Translations under genes and position numbers: made by a program | Notes under the pieces: model-generated | Seen by the model: the letters and a program-made list of their open reading frames with translations, nothing else | The model's database searches: none | What the model was told of the DNA's origin: nothing | Part shown: piece after piece, positions 20,116-30,061 of the stretch | Position numbering within the stretch: position 1 is the first letter of the stretch | Layout of the letters: every line of letters starts with the position of its first letter | Source: Candidatus Poribacteria bacterium | Lineage (GTDB): Bacteria > Poribacteria > WGA-4E > WGA-3G | Direction: 5' to 3' | Assembly (NCBI GenBank): GCA_965242965.1 | Contig: OZ251518.1 | Span: 5,184,001-5,248,000 of the forward strand | Length of the DNA stretch: 64,000 nt

Positions 20116-22694
20116 TTGAATTTCCAGTCGATGAGGTTCGCGGATCAGGGGGCCAGGAAATCGCAGGGATCCACACGTGGTTCGCGCGCAGACCTCTTAG
20201 TCCCTCGCGCGGCACGGCATACGCTGCCCTCTCAAATCCTCTTCAAAATGATGCGTCGAAAGACTTATACAGACAAGCGTTCATTGTCGAACTTTGCAAG
20301 TGGGAAAACGCGAGGAAACCACTCTGGATCGACGAGGCTCGTCGCGACATCTTGGATGCCCACGATGGGCAGCCGCCCAAAGTGCTTGACCCTTTCGGTG
20401 GTGGCGGTTCAATTCCCCTTGAAGCGCAGCGGCTCGGCTGCGAAACTCACTCGTGCGATCTCAACCCCGTTGCAGTGCTCATTCAGAAGTGCACGCTTGA
20501 ATACCCGCAAAAATACGGCAAACGTCTTTCTGACGATGTCAAGAAGTGGGGAGAGCAAATCATTGCACAAGTGACAGAAGAACTGGAGCAGTTTTATCCA
20601 AAGGAGCCGGACGGTTCACACCGCTATGCCACTATTTGGGCGCGCACCCTTCCGTGCCAGAACCTCTCTTGCAATACCGTCATCCCGCTTGTGAGGAAGT
20701 ATTGGCTTGCGAAGGGCAGAATCGCCCTTTTCCCCTATGAAGACGATGGACAAATCTCCTTCCGTATCGTCGGCAATGGGTATGAGCCGATCCCTGAAGG
20801 CTTCGACCCAGCTAAAGGGACAGTAGTGCGTGCCAATGTTACTTGCCCCGTTTGCAAAAATACGATTCCTGCGCGAGATACCCATCGCCTATTCCATGAA
20901 GAGGTGGTAAAAGAACGCATCCTTGCCGTGGTTACCTATCATCCGAACGTTGCTGGAAAACGATACCGTCTTTCCACGGATGCCGATATGGAGGTTCTCG
21001 CGTCTGCCAAAATCCGTCTCTCTGAAAAACGCCAGTCTCTCCATGAGCAATGGGGAATAGATCCGGTGCCAGATGAAGAGACTCCTGCTGGGACAGGGGG
21101 TGCTTCAGTACAGGTCCGCCTATACAATCTAAACACCTATGGAGCTCTCTTCAACCCGCAGCAGCAACTCGCTCTTATTACCTTTACGGAGAAGATACGG
21201 AACGCACATACGGAGATGCTCGGGCAGGATTATGACCCTGACTATGCGCGTGCTGTTACAACCTACTTGGGCATGTGGCTGAATCGAATAGCCCAGGATT
21301 TGTCCAATCTTTGTAGATGGAGGGACGATACTCAAGGGGTTGTTGGATTGTTCGGTATGCAGGCACTCTTCATAGTTTGGGATTATGGAGATGCCAATCC
21401 GCTGCTGATTGCCACCAATAAATTACAAACCATTCTCAGGCCGCTCAAGCCTCTGTCCGAGATGCGCGCGAAGCCCGTTGTTGTCGAACAAGCATCGGCT
21501 GCCAACCTTCCCTATCAAGGTGACACCTTTGATGCGGTGCTCACGGACCCTCCCTATTACAATAACATCGAATATGCGTATCTCTCAGAGTTCTTCTACG
21601 TCTGGCTCAAAAGGAGCGTGCAGAACCTGCATCCTGAACTCTTCCAGACAGACATGACTCCCAAGAAAGACGAAATTGTCGCCTACCCTCACCTTGATGG
21701 ACAGGTGAAGGCGACCGAACGGTTTGAAAAAGGATTATCAAGAGCCTTTGCCGAAGTGCATCGGGTTTTGAAACCGAACGGCATCACCGTAATCGTCTAT
21801 GCGCACAAGTCGAAAGAGGGATGGGAAACCCTGATTAACGCGCTGCTTGACTCAGGACTCGTCATTACGGCCGCGTGGCCTCTTGAGACAGAGCAGAAAG
21901 GAAATAAATTCGGTGGGACCCGGAGGGCACTCTTAGCAACATCTATCTATATGGTTGCCCGGAAAGCGGAGCGCGAAGCATTCGGGCTGTATCAAGAGGT
22001 TCGCGCGAACGTTGAGGAGCACCTCAAGAAGCGATACGCGGAATTGTGGGAGTCTGGACTCTCTGGAGCAAACCTGTTCATCGCAACAATCGGAAGTGCC
22101 CTTCAGATATTCGGCAGGTATCAGGAAGTGATTGACGGTAACGACAACACTATTCGTGCGGATAAGATGCTTCAGGATATCCGGGAAATCGTCGCGACTT
22201 GTGCGATGGAGCAAGTTATCCCGAATGCGACTGCGTTGACGCGCTTCTACCTATATTGGCGGCAGGCGCACGGGGAAAAACGTGCAACGTTTGACGCAGC
22301 GAATAACTTGGCTTCTATCTCCGCCGGTCTTAATTTGACAGAGGAGTTAGGAAGAGGCGGCGCGGTTCAAAGAGAGGGCACGTTTGTTCGGGTTTTGGGC
22401 CCGCATGAGCGCGAATTTACGGACATCCCCACTAGCGACGAACTCGTCGACATCTTACACCATGCTCTGTGGTTTTGGCGGAAGGGCAAACACGAAGCAA
22501 TGATTCAACACCTCGCTAGAGGACAGGTAGGTTTAAACGAACCTATCTATACCCTCGCCCAGGCGGTGAGTTTAACTCTACCGCTTGAGAGTCAGGAACG
22601 GCGGTGGCTTGACGGGTGGCTTGCCGTTAAAGAGGTCATTAAGGAAGAGATTAAATCTACCTTAGAAGAGGCGAGACAGACGCGAATCGCTTGA
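20088..22694 (+). CDS. DUF1156-containing DNA adenine methyltransferase
   Basis: HTWFARRPL, VLDPFGGGGSIPLEA (SAM binding), CxxC zinc ribbon, catalytic TDPPYY. Confidence 0.9.
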   Translation: MSNDKRIIEIEFPVDEVRGSGGQEIAGIHTWFARRPLSPSRGTAYAALSNPLQNDASKDLYRQAFIVELCKWENARKPLWIDEARRDILDAHDGQPPKVLDPFGGGGSIPLEAQRLGCETHSCDLNPVAVLIQKCTLEYPQKYGKRLSDDVKKWGEQIIAQVTEELEQFYPKEPDGSHRYATIWARTLPCQNLSCNTVIPLVRKYWLAKGRIALFPYEDDGQISFRIVGNGYEPIPEGFDPAKGTVVRANVTCPVCKNTIPARDTHRLFHEEVVKERILAVVTYHPNVAGKRYRLSTDADMEVLASAKIRLSEKRQSLHEQWGIDPVPDEETPAGTGGASVQVRLYNLNTYGALFNPQQQLALITFTEKIRNAHTEMLGQDYDPDYARAVTTYLGMWLNRIAQDLSNLCRWRDDTQGVVGLFGMQALFIVWDYGDANPLLIATNKLQTILRPLKPLSEMRAKPVVVEQASAANLPYQGDTFDAVLTDPPYYNNIEYAYLSEFFYVWLKRSVQNLHPELFQTDMTPKKDEIVAYPHLDGQVKATERFEKGLSRAFAEVHRVLKPNGITVIVYAHKSKEGWETLINALLDSGLVITAAWPLETEQKGNKFGGTRRALLATSIYMVARKAEREAFGLYQEVRANVEEHLKKRYAELWESGLSGANLFIATIGSALQIFGRYQEVIDGNDNTIRADKMLQDIREIVATCAMEQVIPNATALTRFYLYWRQAHGEKRATFDAANNLASISAGLNLTEELGRGGAVQREGTFVRVLGPHEREFTDIPTSDELVDILHHALWFWRKGKHEAMIQHLARGQVGLNEPIYTLAQAVSLTLPLESQERRWLDGWLAVKEVIKEEIKSTLEEARQTRIA

Positions 22695-22710
22695 AAGGAG
22701 AATGCATCCT

Positions 22711-25224
22711 ATGGCAGGATTTGAGACAATCGCCAAGCCGCATAACGATATTCTACGCGGCAATTTCACCTTGGATACCTACGCAGCAAACCTCGGCGAC
22801 GTAGTGAAAGGGGAAGGACCTGCTGAATATCGGCACCCCAAGCGGTTTTTCCAGAAAACCTATATGACTGAAGGGTTAAAGACGTTGCTCCGTGGCGTGG
22901 AACGCCGCGTGAAAGGCCGCGGCGGCGATGCCGTTATTCAATTGCAAACCCCTTTCGGTGGCGGCAAAACCCATACCCTCATCACGTTGTTCCACAAAGC
23001 GAACGAGTGGAAAGCGAAGCCGGTCGTCATTGTTGGCACCGAGATGGAGGCGGATCACACGTTGTGGGGCCAGATGGAAGCGCAGCTGACCGGGGAGATT
23101 CAGGAGTTTCAAGGGCATCGGGCACCAGGGAGCGCGAAAATCTCCGAACTCTTCAATCAGGTTGGGAAACCTATCGTCCTCTTAATGGACGAGGTGCTGA
23201 ACTATTTGACGGCTGCTACGGCCGTGGACGTTGGCAGAAGCACTTTAGCAAAGCAGGCACTGCGGTTTGTGCATAATTTAACCGAATCGGTGAGTGCATC
23301 CAACAACGTCACCTTGATTGCGACGCGGCAGTCGGGCGAGCACGAGGATTACGGCGAGAGAGAGCTCTCAAATGATTTCAAGCAGCTGCTGGACAGAATG
23401 GCTCGGGTCGGAACACCGGTGGCTGATTCCGAAATCGCGCACATCATTCGGAGTCGGTTGTTCTCTGAAGTGAACGAATCGGCAGCCAAACGGATTGTCC
23501 GTGAATTTGCGAATTACGCCGATAGGGAGTCCATTCTGCCGCCCGGTGAGCAGAAATCGGAGTATCGCGAGCGGTTCGTCGCAAGCTATCCGTTTCAACC
23601 CGAGGTCATCGATGTGTTGTATCATCGGTGGGGCAGTTTCCCGAATTTTCAACGGACGCGCGGCGTGCTGCGTCTCCTCTCGCGTGTCGTGCAACGTTCC
23701 CTGCGCAAGAATCTGCCCTACATCACCCTCGCCGATTTTGACCTGGGCGACGCGGACATCCGTGGCGAACTTTTAAGACATGCGGGTAACGTTTTTAGCA
23801 GCATCATCGCGAACGATATTACGGCTTCCGACGCGGGCGCGAGGTTAGCGGACGAGGCACTGGGAGATGCATTAAAGAATTTGGCATTAAGCACGCGCAC
23901 GGCGACTGCTATTTTCCTTTATTCCTTCACCGGTGGACAGGAACGCGGTGCGACGTTGGATCAGATTAAGCGGAGCACTGCATATTCCGATACGCCATCG
24001 GCGGTGATAGATTCGGCGATAACGCAGCTGAACACGCACCTCTCTTACCTCCGCACCGAAAGTGGGAAGTCCTATTTCGATACGCAACCCAACTTACAGC
24101 GGCTTGTGCAGATTCGGATGGAAAATGTGGAGGATGAAGAAGTTGCATCGCGTGCCGAAGCACAGATTAAGAAGAGTTTCACAACCAGATCGGGGGCTAA
24201 GATGAAGACGTTCATCGCACCGCGAAAAGGGACAGATATTCCGGAAACGCCGGATCTGAAACTGATTGTGCTTCCTCAGCGGGACGACGAATTCTGCCGA
24301 AACCTGCTAGAGATGCGCGGTGAAAGCCCGCGTATCTATCGGAATACGCTTTTCTTCCTCGTTCCGCTTTCCGGTAGCGCGGAGAAGTTGGGTACCGAAG
24401 TGAAGCGCGTCCTCGCTTACGAAGCGATTGGTAATGATAACTCCCTGAATTTATCCGATGAGCAACAGAAGGAAGTCAAGACCCAGTTACGGCAGTCTGG
24501 CGGCGCGCTCAATGATGCGGTGTCCCAAGATTATCGCACCCTTCTGATTCCGACGCGAGAAGGCTTTCGTGAGGAAGACCTCGGGTTGCCTGCGCACGGA
24601 ATGAACACGCCGTTGGATGAGAAAGTCTATGAGACGCTCCGCGTAAAGGGAGAGATTTTGTCCAGCATCGGACCGCGAAACATCGCCATCCGTTTTTTGA
24701 AAGACAACGAAGCGGTGTCAACGGCGCAACTCTATTCGTCCGGTCTTCGCACGCCGGGTGAGACGCGCGTGCTCCGTGAGGCGTGGATAACCGGGATCCG
24801 CGATGGCGTGGTGCAGGGAGAATTTGGCATCGGCGAGAAGATGGGAGGCGAACTCATCCAGCGTGCCTTCAATCAAGACCCGAGAACGGTAACGCTTAGC
24901 GATAACGAGGTAATTATCCATCCATCGCGTTGGAAAGAGATTGAGCCGGAACCGAAACCGAAACCACAGGAAACGCAGGAGGAAATTATTGAGCCGCAGC
25001 AGCGAAAAATTGAGCCGCAGCAGCCGCGGAAATCAGTTCGTCTCCGGTTTACCGTGCCGAGTGGAAAGGTAAGTCAGATGTCCCAACGCGTCAACGCGTT
25101 GCAGTCTCAATTCAAAAACATTCGGATTGAATTGACAACCAGCGATGGCGAAATCTCCGATGCGGACTACGAAAAACTTAAAGCAGATTTCCTTGAATCA
25201 GGGATTGAGGTGGAGGAAGTCTAG
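22711..25224 (+). CDS. DUF499 AAA+ ATPase
   Basis: LQTPFGGGKTHTL (Walker A), LLMDE (Walker B), YPFQP, FQRTRGVLRLL. Confidence 0.9.
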   Translation: MAGFETIAKPHNDILRGNFTLDTYAANLGDVVKGEGPAEYRHPKRFFQKTYMTEGLKTLLRGVERRVKGRGGDAVIQLQTPFGGGKTHTLITLFHKANEWKAKPVVIVGTEMEADHTLWGQMEAQLTGEIQEFQGHRAPGSAKISELFNQVGKPIVLLMDEVLNYLTAATAVDVGRSTLAKQALRFVHNLTESVSASNNVTLIATRQSGEHEDYGERELSNDFKQLLDRMARVGTPVADSEIAHIIRSRLFSEVNESAAKRIVREFANYADRESILPPGEQKSEYRERFVASYPFQPEVIDVLYHRWGSFPNFQRTRGVLRLLSRVVQRSLRKNLPYITLADFDLGDADIRGELLRHAGNVFSSIIANDITASDAGARLADEALGDALKNLALSTRTATAIFLYSFTGGQERGATLDQIKRSTAYSDTPSAVIDSAITQLNTHLSYLRTESGKSYFDTQPNLQRLVQIRMENVEDEEVASRAEAQIKKSFTTRSGAKMKTFIAPRKGTDIPETPDLKLIVLPQRDDEFCRNLLEMRGESPRIYRNTLFFLVPLSGSAEKLGTEVKRVLAYEAIGNDNSLNLSDEQQKEVKTQLRQSGGALNDAVSQDYRTLLIPTREGFREEDLGLPAHGMNTPLDEKVYETLRVKGEILSSIGPRNIAIRFLKDNEAVSTAQLYSSGLRTPGETRVLREAWITGIRDGVVQGEFGIGEKMGGELIQRAFNQDPRTVTLSDNEVIIHPSRWKEIEPEPKPKPQETQEEIIEPQQRKIEPQQPRKSVRLRFTVPSGKVSQMSQRVNALQSQFKNIRIELTTSDGEISDADYEKLKADFLESGIEVEEV

Positions 25225-25228
25225 TCTA

Positions 25229-26167
25229 TCAAGGCAAATAACCCTCCACCGCCTCCACCACCTGCGCAACCGTAATGCCGTCAATCACCGCGCAACTGCC
25301 AGCACCACATCCCCCAGGATGCCGCCCCGGATGACACGGATTACATCCTAACTGCAACCCACTCTGCACGACAGTGTGCTTTTCTCCGTAAGGACCGCTT
25401 CGATGGTGGTTCGTCGAACCGAAAAGCGCGACGACAGGTGTCTTCACAGCGGCGGCAATGTGCATCGGACCGGTGTCATTCCCAATGTAAACATCGCATG
25501 CCGCGATTAAGGCGGTAAGTTCCCGCAGATTTTTTGTTTTGACGAGAATAGGTGAGGGATGCATCATGTCCGCTACCTGCGCTTGGAGTTCGCGTTCATC
25601 CGGTCCCGCGAAGAGGAGGATTGCGGCACCGAATTTTTCTGATAGGATTGTGGCGAGTTGCGCGTATTTTTGCGCGTCCCAGAGTTTGTATGTCCAATTG
25701 CCACCGGGATGGATGCCGATGCGGCATCGAGACCGGGAGGTCTCTCCTACCGATTCGGTGAGTTGGAGGTGAGGATGTGCATCGGTTATGTCAACGCCGT
25801 GACGTTGTAGCACCTCTAGGTATCGGGTCACGGCGTGACGATTTCCGCTGCTATGTCCCATTCCCCAATGTTTCGCGCCGATGCATCTCGCCACAAGGCT
25901 GTCGCGGAGGTTGACAACAATGTCGAATTTTTCGCGGCGCAAGGTTTTGATGAGGCGCAGCCGGCCTCTCCACCCGGCGTGTTCATCTCGGTTGTCGTAA
26001 ATGTGAACGGCATCGATTTGCGGTTCGGCGGTGAAGAGTGCCGCCGCCCGCGGTCCGACGAGGAAAGTGATGTGGGCATTAGGGAAGTGTCGCCGCAGGG
26101 GTTGGATAACGGCAGTGGAAAGCACAGCATCGCCGATGAAGGTGAAACTGAAGATGAGGATTTTCAT
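25229..26167 (-). CDS. Glycosyltransferase family 9 (heptosyltransferase-like) with an in-frame REP insert
   Basis: IGDAVL, GIHPGG, K.W, NDTGPMHIAAA, ALFG; start trimmed to MKILIF. Confidence 0.88.
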   Translation of the reverse strand: MKILIFSFTFIGDAVLSTAVIQPLRRHFPNAHITFLVGPRAAALFTAEPQIDAVHIYDNRDEHAGWRGRLRLIKTLRREKFDIVVNLRDSLVARCIGAKHWGMGHSSGNRHAVTRYLEVLQRHGVDITDAHPHLQLTESVGETSRSRCRIGIHPGGNWTYKLWDAQKYAQLATILSEKFGAAILLFAGPDERELQAQVADMMHPSPILVKTKNLRELTALIAACDVYIGNDTGPMHIAAAVKTPVVALFGSTNHHRSGPYGEKHTVVQSGLQLGCNPCHPGRHPGGCGAGSCAVIDGITVAQVVEAVEGYLP

Positions 26168-26204
26168 TTGATATTCATAGTTTGCGAGTGCTTGAAGGTC
26201 TGGG

Positions 26205-26775
26205 AGCATCGAGACCGGGAGGACTCGCCTACCGGGAAGACATTGAGAACCGTAGCGCGGGGGCCTGTCCCCCGCGATCGCTCGATCTGCGCGAAAACCG
26301 CACGCCAGCCCAGGCCGTTTCCTCGACCGAGGCATGGCGAGGGACAGGCCCTCGCCCTACGGGCCATGCGGCGATTTCTGAGTTGTTACCGTAGCGCGGG
26401 GGCCCTCGGATGCCATACGCGCATCCGAGCGGGTTTCCCCCGCGATCTCTCAACCGCTGCGGAAAACGCCCACAATCCAGAGACCCCGGCTGTTTGTTGC
26501 TCAGACCGACGCATGGCGAGGGACAGGCCCTCGCCCTACGTGCCATGCAGCGATATCTGAGTTGTTACCGTAGCGCGGGGGCCTGTCCCCCGCGATCGCT
26601 CGATCTGCGCGAAAACCGCACGCCAGCCCAGGCCGTTTCCTCGACCGAGGCATGGCGAGGGACAGGCCCTCGCCCTACGTGCCATGCGGCGATTTCTGAG
26701 TTGTTACCGTAGCGCGGGGGCCCTCGGATGCCATCCGCGCAGCCGAGCGGGTTTCCCCCGCGATCTCTCAACCGA
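26205..26775. repeat. REP array with an internal ~318-bp-period tandem duplication, no TIR
   Basis: 26251-26455 is repeated at 26569-26773. Confidence 0.85.
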
Positions 26776-26788
26776 TTTTGCCTCCGAT

Positions 26789-28030
26789 TCAGACAACCGA
26801 AGCCTCAATCAAATCCACTGCTGTCGTCAATCCATCTTCTGCGTTGAGTTTTTCGCCGAGGGTTTGCGCGCGTTCTGTCATCGTAGAGTCAGCGAGGACA
26901 GTTTCAATTCGTTTTGCTAAACGAGCCGGTGTCATCCTGCGGCGCGGGAGGCTCTTCGGTGCGACACCGAGTTCAGCGAGCCGCTTCGCCCAATAAAACT
27001 GGTCTGCGTGATGCGGCACGACTATCGATGGCAGTTTCGCGCGACACACCGATGCTGTCGTCCCTGCGCCGCCGTGGTGGACGACGCAACTCGCTCGCGG
27101 GAACAGCCACCGATGCGGCACATAGTCGGTGAAAAGGATGTCCGGTACCTCAGCGTCTAAGCCGAGTTGTCCCCAGCCGGATTGGACGATGGCGCGTTGT
27201 CCCGTCTTTTTGATGGCGGCGATCAGCAGTTCGGTTGTCTCTTTGGCGTTTGTGCCGCCCATTGAACCGAACGTGACAATGACAGGCGGCGCGCCGTCCT
27301 CCAAAAAATCGAGCAGTTCTGATGGCGGCGTGTAGGCAGGCTCATCTAAAAACCAAACCCCCGTGAATTCATGTTTTTCAGGAAAATCGGCGGGCGGCGG
27401 ACAAAGCGTCGGCGAAGCAGCCATGAGGTTCAACTGCGGTGAGTATATCCCATCCAGCGCGAAATTCCACCTCGGCTCACCACCGATAGACGCGATAAAG
27501 CGGTTAAAATAGGCATCTAAGGCGCGAGTCAGCCGGAACTCTACTAACTTCCACAAACACTGATTGAGCCACGGGCTGAAATCTGGAAAAATATAGGGCG
27601 CGTGAAACCGAGACGGCACAAACCCAGGACAATAACTATGTGTGAACCACGGCAAACCGAGACGAATAGCGGCTTCTTGTCCCGGAATATCCCCGGAATG
27701 ACAGAGTGCCAAGTCATAGCCTTTCATCGCCGAGAGGCAGTCACGATACCACTTCTCGCCGCCTCTCAAAATCCCCTCTTTCACGGTGACGAGGAGTGGC
27801 CTGAGCGGGTCGCGCATGGGGATGATGTCGTCCATCGCTTTATGAAAATGCCTCAATTCAAAAGCGATGCCGACTTCGCGGTAGTCCGCGCCGATGCGTT
27901 GAATACGTTCCTTGTAAAGCGCGGGCGCGCAGACGCGCACCTCATGCCCGCGGCTCAGCAGGCGTTTGACTACTGCCAAGATTGGATAAACGTCACCGGT
28001 TGTGCCCCAGGCCGCTACGACGATTTTCAT
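26789..28030 (-). CDS. GT1 family glycosyltransferase (sterol glucosyltransferase-like)
   Basis: GTTGDVYP, FGSM, VPHRWLF, HHGGAGTT and DQFYWA motifs. Confidence 0.88.
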   Translation of the reverse strand: MKIVVAAWGTTGDVYPILAVVKRLLSRGHEVRVCAPALYKERIQRIGADYREVGIAFELRHFHKAMDDIIPMRDPLRPLLVTVKEGILRGGEKWYRDCLSAMKGYDLALCHSGDIPGQEAAIRLGLPWFTHSYCPGFVPSRFHAPYIFPDFSPWLNQCLWKLVEFRLTRALDAYFNRFIASIGGEPRWNFALDGIYSPQLNLMAASPTLCPPPADFPEKHEFTGVWFLDEPAYTPPSELLDFLEDGAPPVIVTFGSMGGTNAKETTELLIAAIKKTGQRAIVQSGWGQLGLDAEVPDILFTDYVPHRWLFPRASCVVHHGGAGTTASVCRAKLPSIVVPHHADQFYWAKRLAELGVAPKSLPRRRMTPARLAKRIETVLADSTMTERAQTLGEKLNAEDGLTTAVDLIEASVV

Positions 28031-28048
28031 AAGTGTTCTTTTGCTCCA

Positions 28049-28280
28049 GCATGGCGAGGGACAGGTTTTCCCTTCCTTGCCCTACGCATTAAGGTGAAGG
28101 TCTTCTATTGCACCAGCATGGCGAGGGACAGGCCCTCGCCCTACGCATTAAGGGAAAGGTTTTCTATTGCGCCGGCATGGCGAGGGACAGGTTTTCCCTT
28201 CCTTGCCCTACGCATTAAGGGAAAGGTTTTCTATTGCGCGAGCATGGCGAGGGACAGGCCCTCGCCCTACGCATTAAAGG
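28049..28280. repeat. Four tandem REP-A units, each followed by GCATTAA
   Basis: GCATGGCGAGGGACAGG...GCCCTACGCATTAA four times; units 1 and 3 share a variant arm. Confidence 0.85.
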
Positions 28281-29310
28281 ATGGAGAGATTTCCTCGATT
28301 TTGTTCCAGACTTTCTCGATGGGAAGTTTTTTGGTGCATTCCCAGTCGATTTTGCACTTATGCGCGCTGCAAGGCCAGCACGGCATGTCCCGGCGCACAA
28401 TAGATGCATGCTCACTCAAGGGATGCCACGCCACGTGGTCCGTCGGACCGAAGATGGCCACCGTCGGCACGGCTAACGCCGCGGCGAGGTGCATCGGGCC
28501 GGAATCGTTGCAAACGACGAGGTTGCAACACCGCAGCAGTGCCGCTAATTCGCGAATTGAAGGCGGCGCGTAAACGACAGCGCGCGTTTGCATCGTTTCC
28601 TGAATCTCGCGCGCCAACGCCATCTCATCGGGTCCGTGCAGAATCAAGACCTCGGCGTTGTAGTGGCGCGCCAGTCTATCTGCGAGTTCGGCGTAGTGCT
28701 TCTCCGGCCACCGTTTATCAAACGAACTCCCCCCAGGGTGAATGCCGATGAGAAACCTATCCGCGCTGATGCCCCATGTTTTTAGACGCGTTTTTAGAAA
28801 GACTTCGGCGTTGCCAATTTCATCGGGATTGAGATGAAAAACGAGCCGCCGCACCCCATCGCCGTTGCAAATGAGACGCACCAGTTCCAAGTTCCTATCC
28901 ACCTCGTGTGTTTCGCCTTTTCGGTATGAACCGCGCCACGCATGCGTGAGCGTGGATTTAAACCGCTTTTGATACCTGCCTAATCGATACCGCGCGCCGG
29001 TGAGAAACGCGACAAAGTGCGGCCACGTCGCTGTCTGCATCGCAACGACAAGTTGAAACCGTTCACGACGAAGGTTCTGATAAAACCGAATCCGCTCGCG
29101 CAAACCACCCCCATCGAAGATGAGAATCCTGTCAACATCAGGGTTGCCGTGTAGCACCGGGGCATTGAGCGGCCGTGCCAACACCGTTATCTCGGCATCG
29201 GGGTAGTTTTGGCGGAGCAGCGCGATTGCGGGGGTTGAATTCAGCAAATCGCCGATGCCATCGGTGCGGATGATGAGTATCTTTTTGATACCTGGCAGCG
29301 TCAATTGCAT
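28267..29310 (-). CDS. Glycosyltransferase family 9 (heptosyltransferase-like)
   Basis: RTDGIGDLL, GIHPGG, KRWP, NDSGPMHLAAA, FGPT and C-terminal CxPC; start trimmed to MQLTL. Confidence 0.88.
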   Translation of the reverse strand: MQLTLPGIKKILIIRTDGIGDLLNSTPAIALLRQNYPDAEITVLARPLNAPVLHGNPDVDRILIFDGGGLRERIRFYQNLRRERFQLVVAMQTATWPHFVAFLTGARYRLGRYQKRFKSTLTHAWRGSYRKGETHEVDRNLELVRLICNGDGVRRLVFHLNPDEIGNAEVFLKTRLKTWGISADRFLIGIHPGGSSFDKRWPEKHYAELADRLARHYNAEVLILHGPDEMALAREIQETMQTRAVVYAPPSIRELAALLRCCNLVVCNDSGPMHLAAALAVPTVAIFGPTDHVAWHPLSEHASIVRRDMPCWPCSAHKCKIDWECTKKLPIEKVWNKIEEISPSFNA

Positions 29311-29369
29311 GCCGTTTCTCCTGCAATTACTGTAGCATAGGGTGGATAAAAATGCAAATGCGTTAAGCC

Positions 29370-30022
29370 CCTTCATCGTAGGGCCTGGGCCCTCGCATGC
29401 CACGCGTGCATGCGAGCGGGTTCCCCTCGCCATGCGTTTTGCTGTCAGCCTGCATCACCTCTGTAGGTCAGGAGCGCCTGCTCCTGACCTGTTTGTGATC
29501 AGGCGATCACAAACTACAGAGGTGGGCCCAATGCCTTCCAGTAGGAGAGACCTCCTGGTCTCGATGCAATAGGACGGCGCGCCTCACCCCTGTAGGTCAG
29601 GATCGCCTGATCCTGATCCGTTTGTGATCAGGCGATCACAAACTACAGAGAGGGGACCTAAAACGCCATCTCTTGACGATGGAGATCGCGGGGGACAGGC
29701 CCCCGCGCTACGGGAAAAAACGCTTCCCCTTCACCGTAGGGCGAGGGCCTGTCCCTCGCCATCGTTCGGGCCCTCCAACGCTCGCGGGGGACAGGCCCCG
29801 CGCTACGGGAAAAAACGCCCCTTCACCGTAGGGCGAGGGCCTGTCCCTCGCCATCGTTCGGGCCCTCCAACGCTCGCGGGGGACAGGCCCCCGCACTACG
29901 GGCACATCGAGACCAGAGGTATCTCCTACGGGGATGCATCGAGACCAGGAGGTCTCTCCTACCGGGGAGAATTGAGACCCGAGGTCTCTCCTACCGAACG
30001 CATCGAAATATGAAATACCCTC
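29370..30022. mobile_element. REP mosaic E7 with right TIR only
   Basis: About 14 hairpins; TATGAAATACCCTC at 30009-30022. Confidence 0.8.
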
Positions 30023-30061
30023 ATTTTTGCGCGTGATATTTTTCTTGCATAACACTCATCA

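Noticed and set aside
24988-25025. 21-bp duplication (IEPQQ twice) in the DUF499 gene
   Set aside because: Ordinary slippage in a low-complexity linker.
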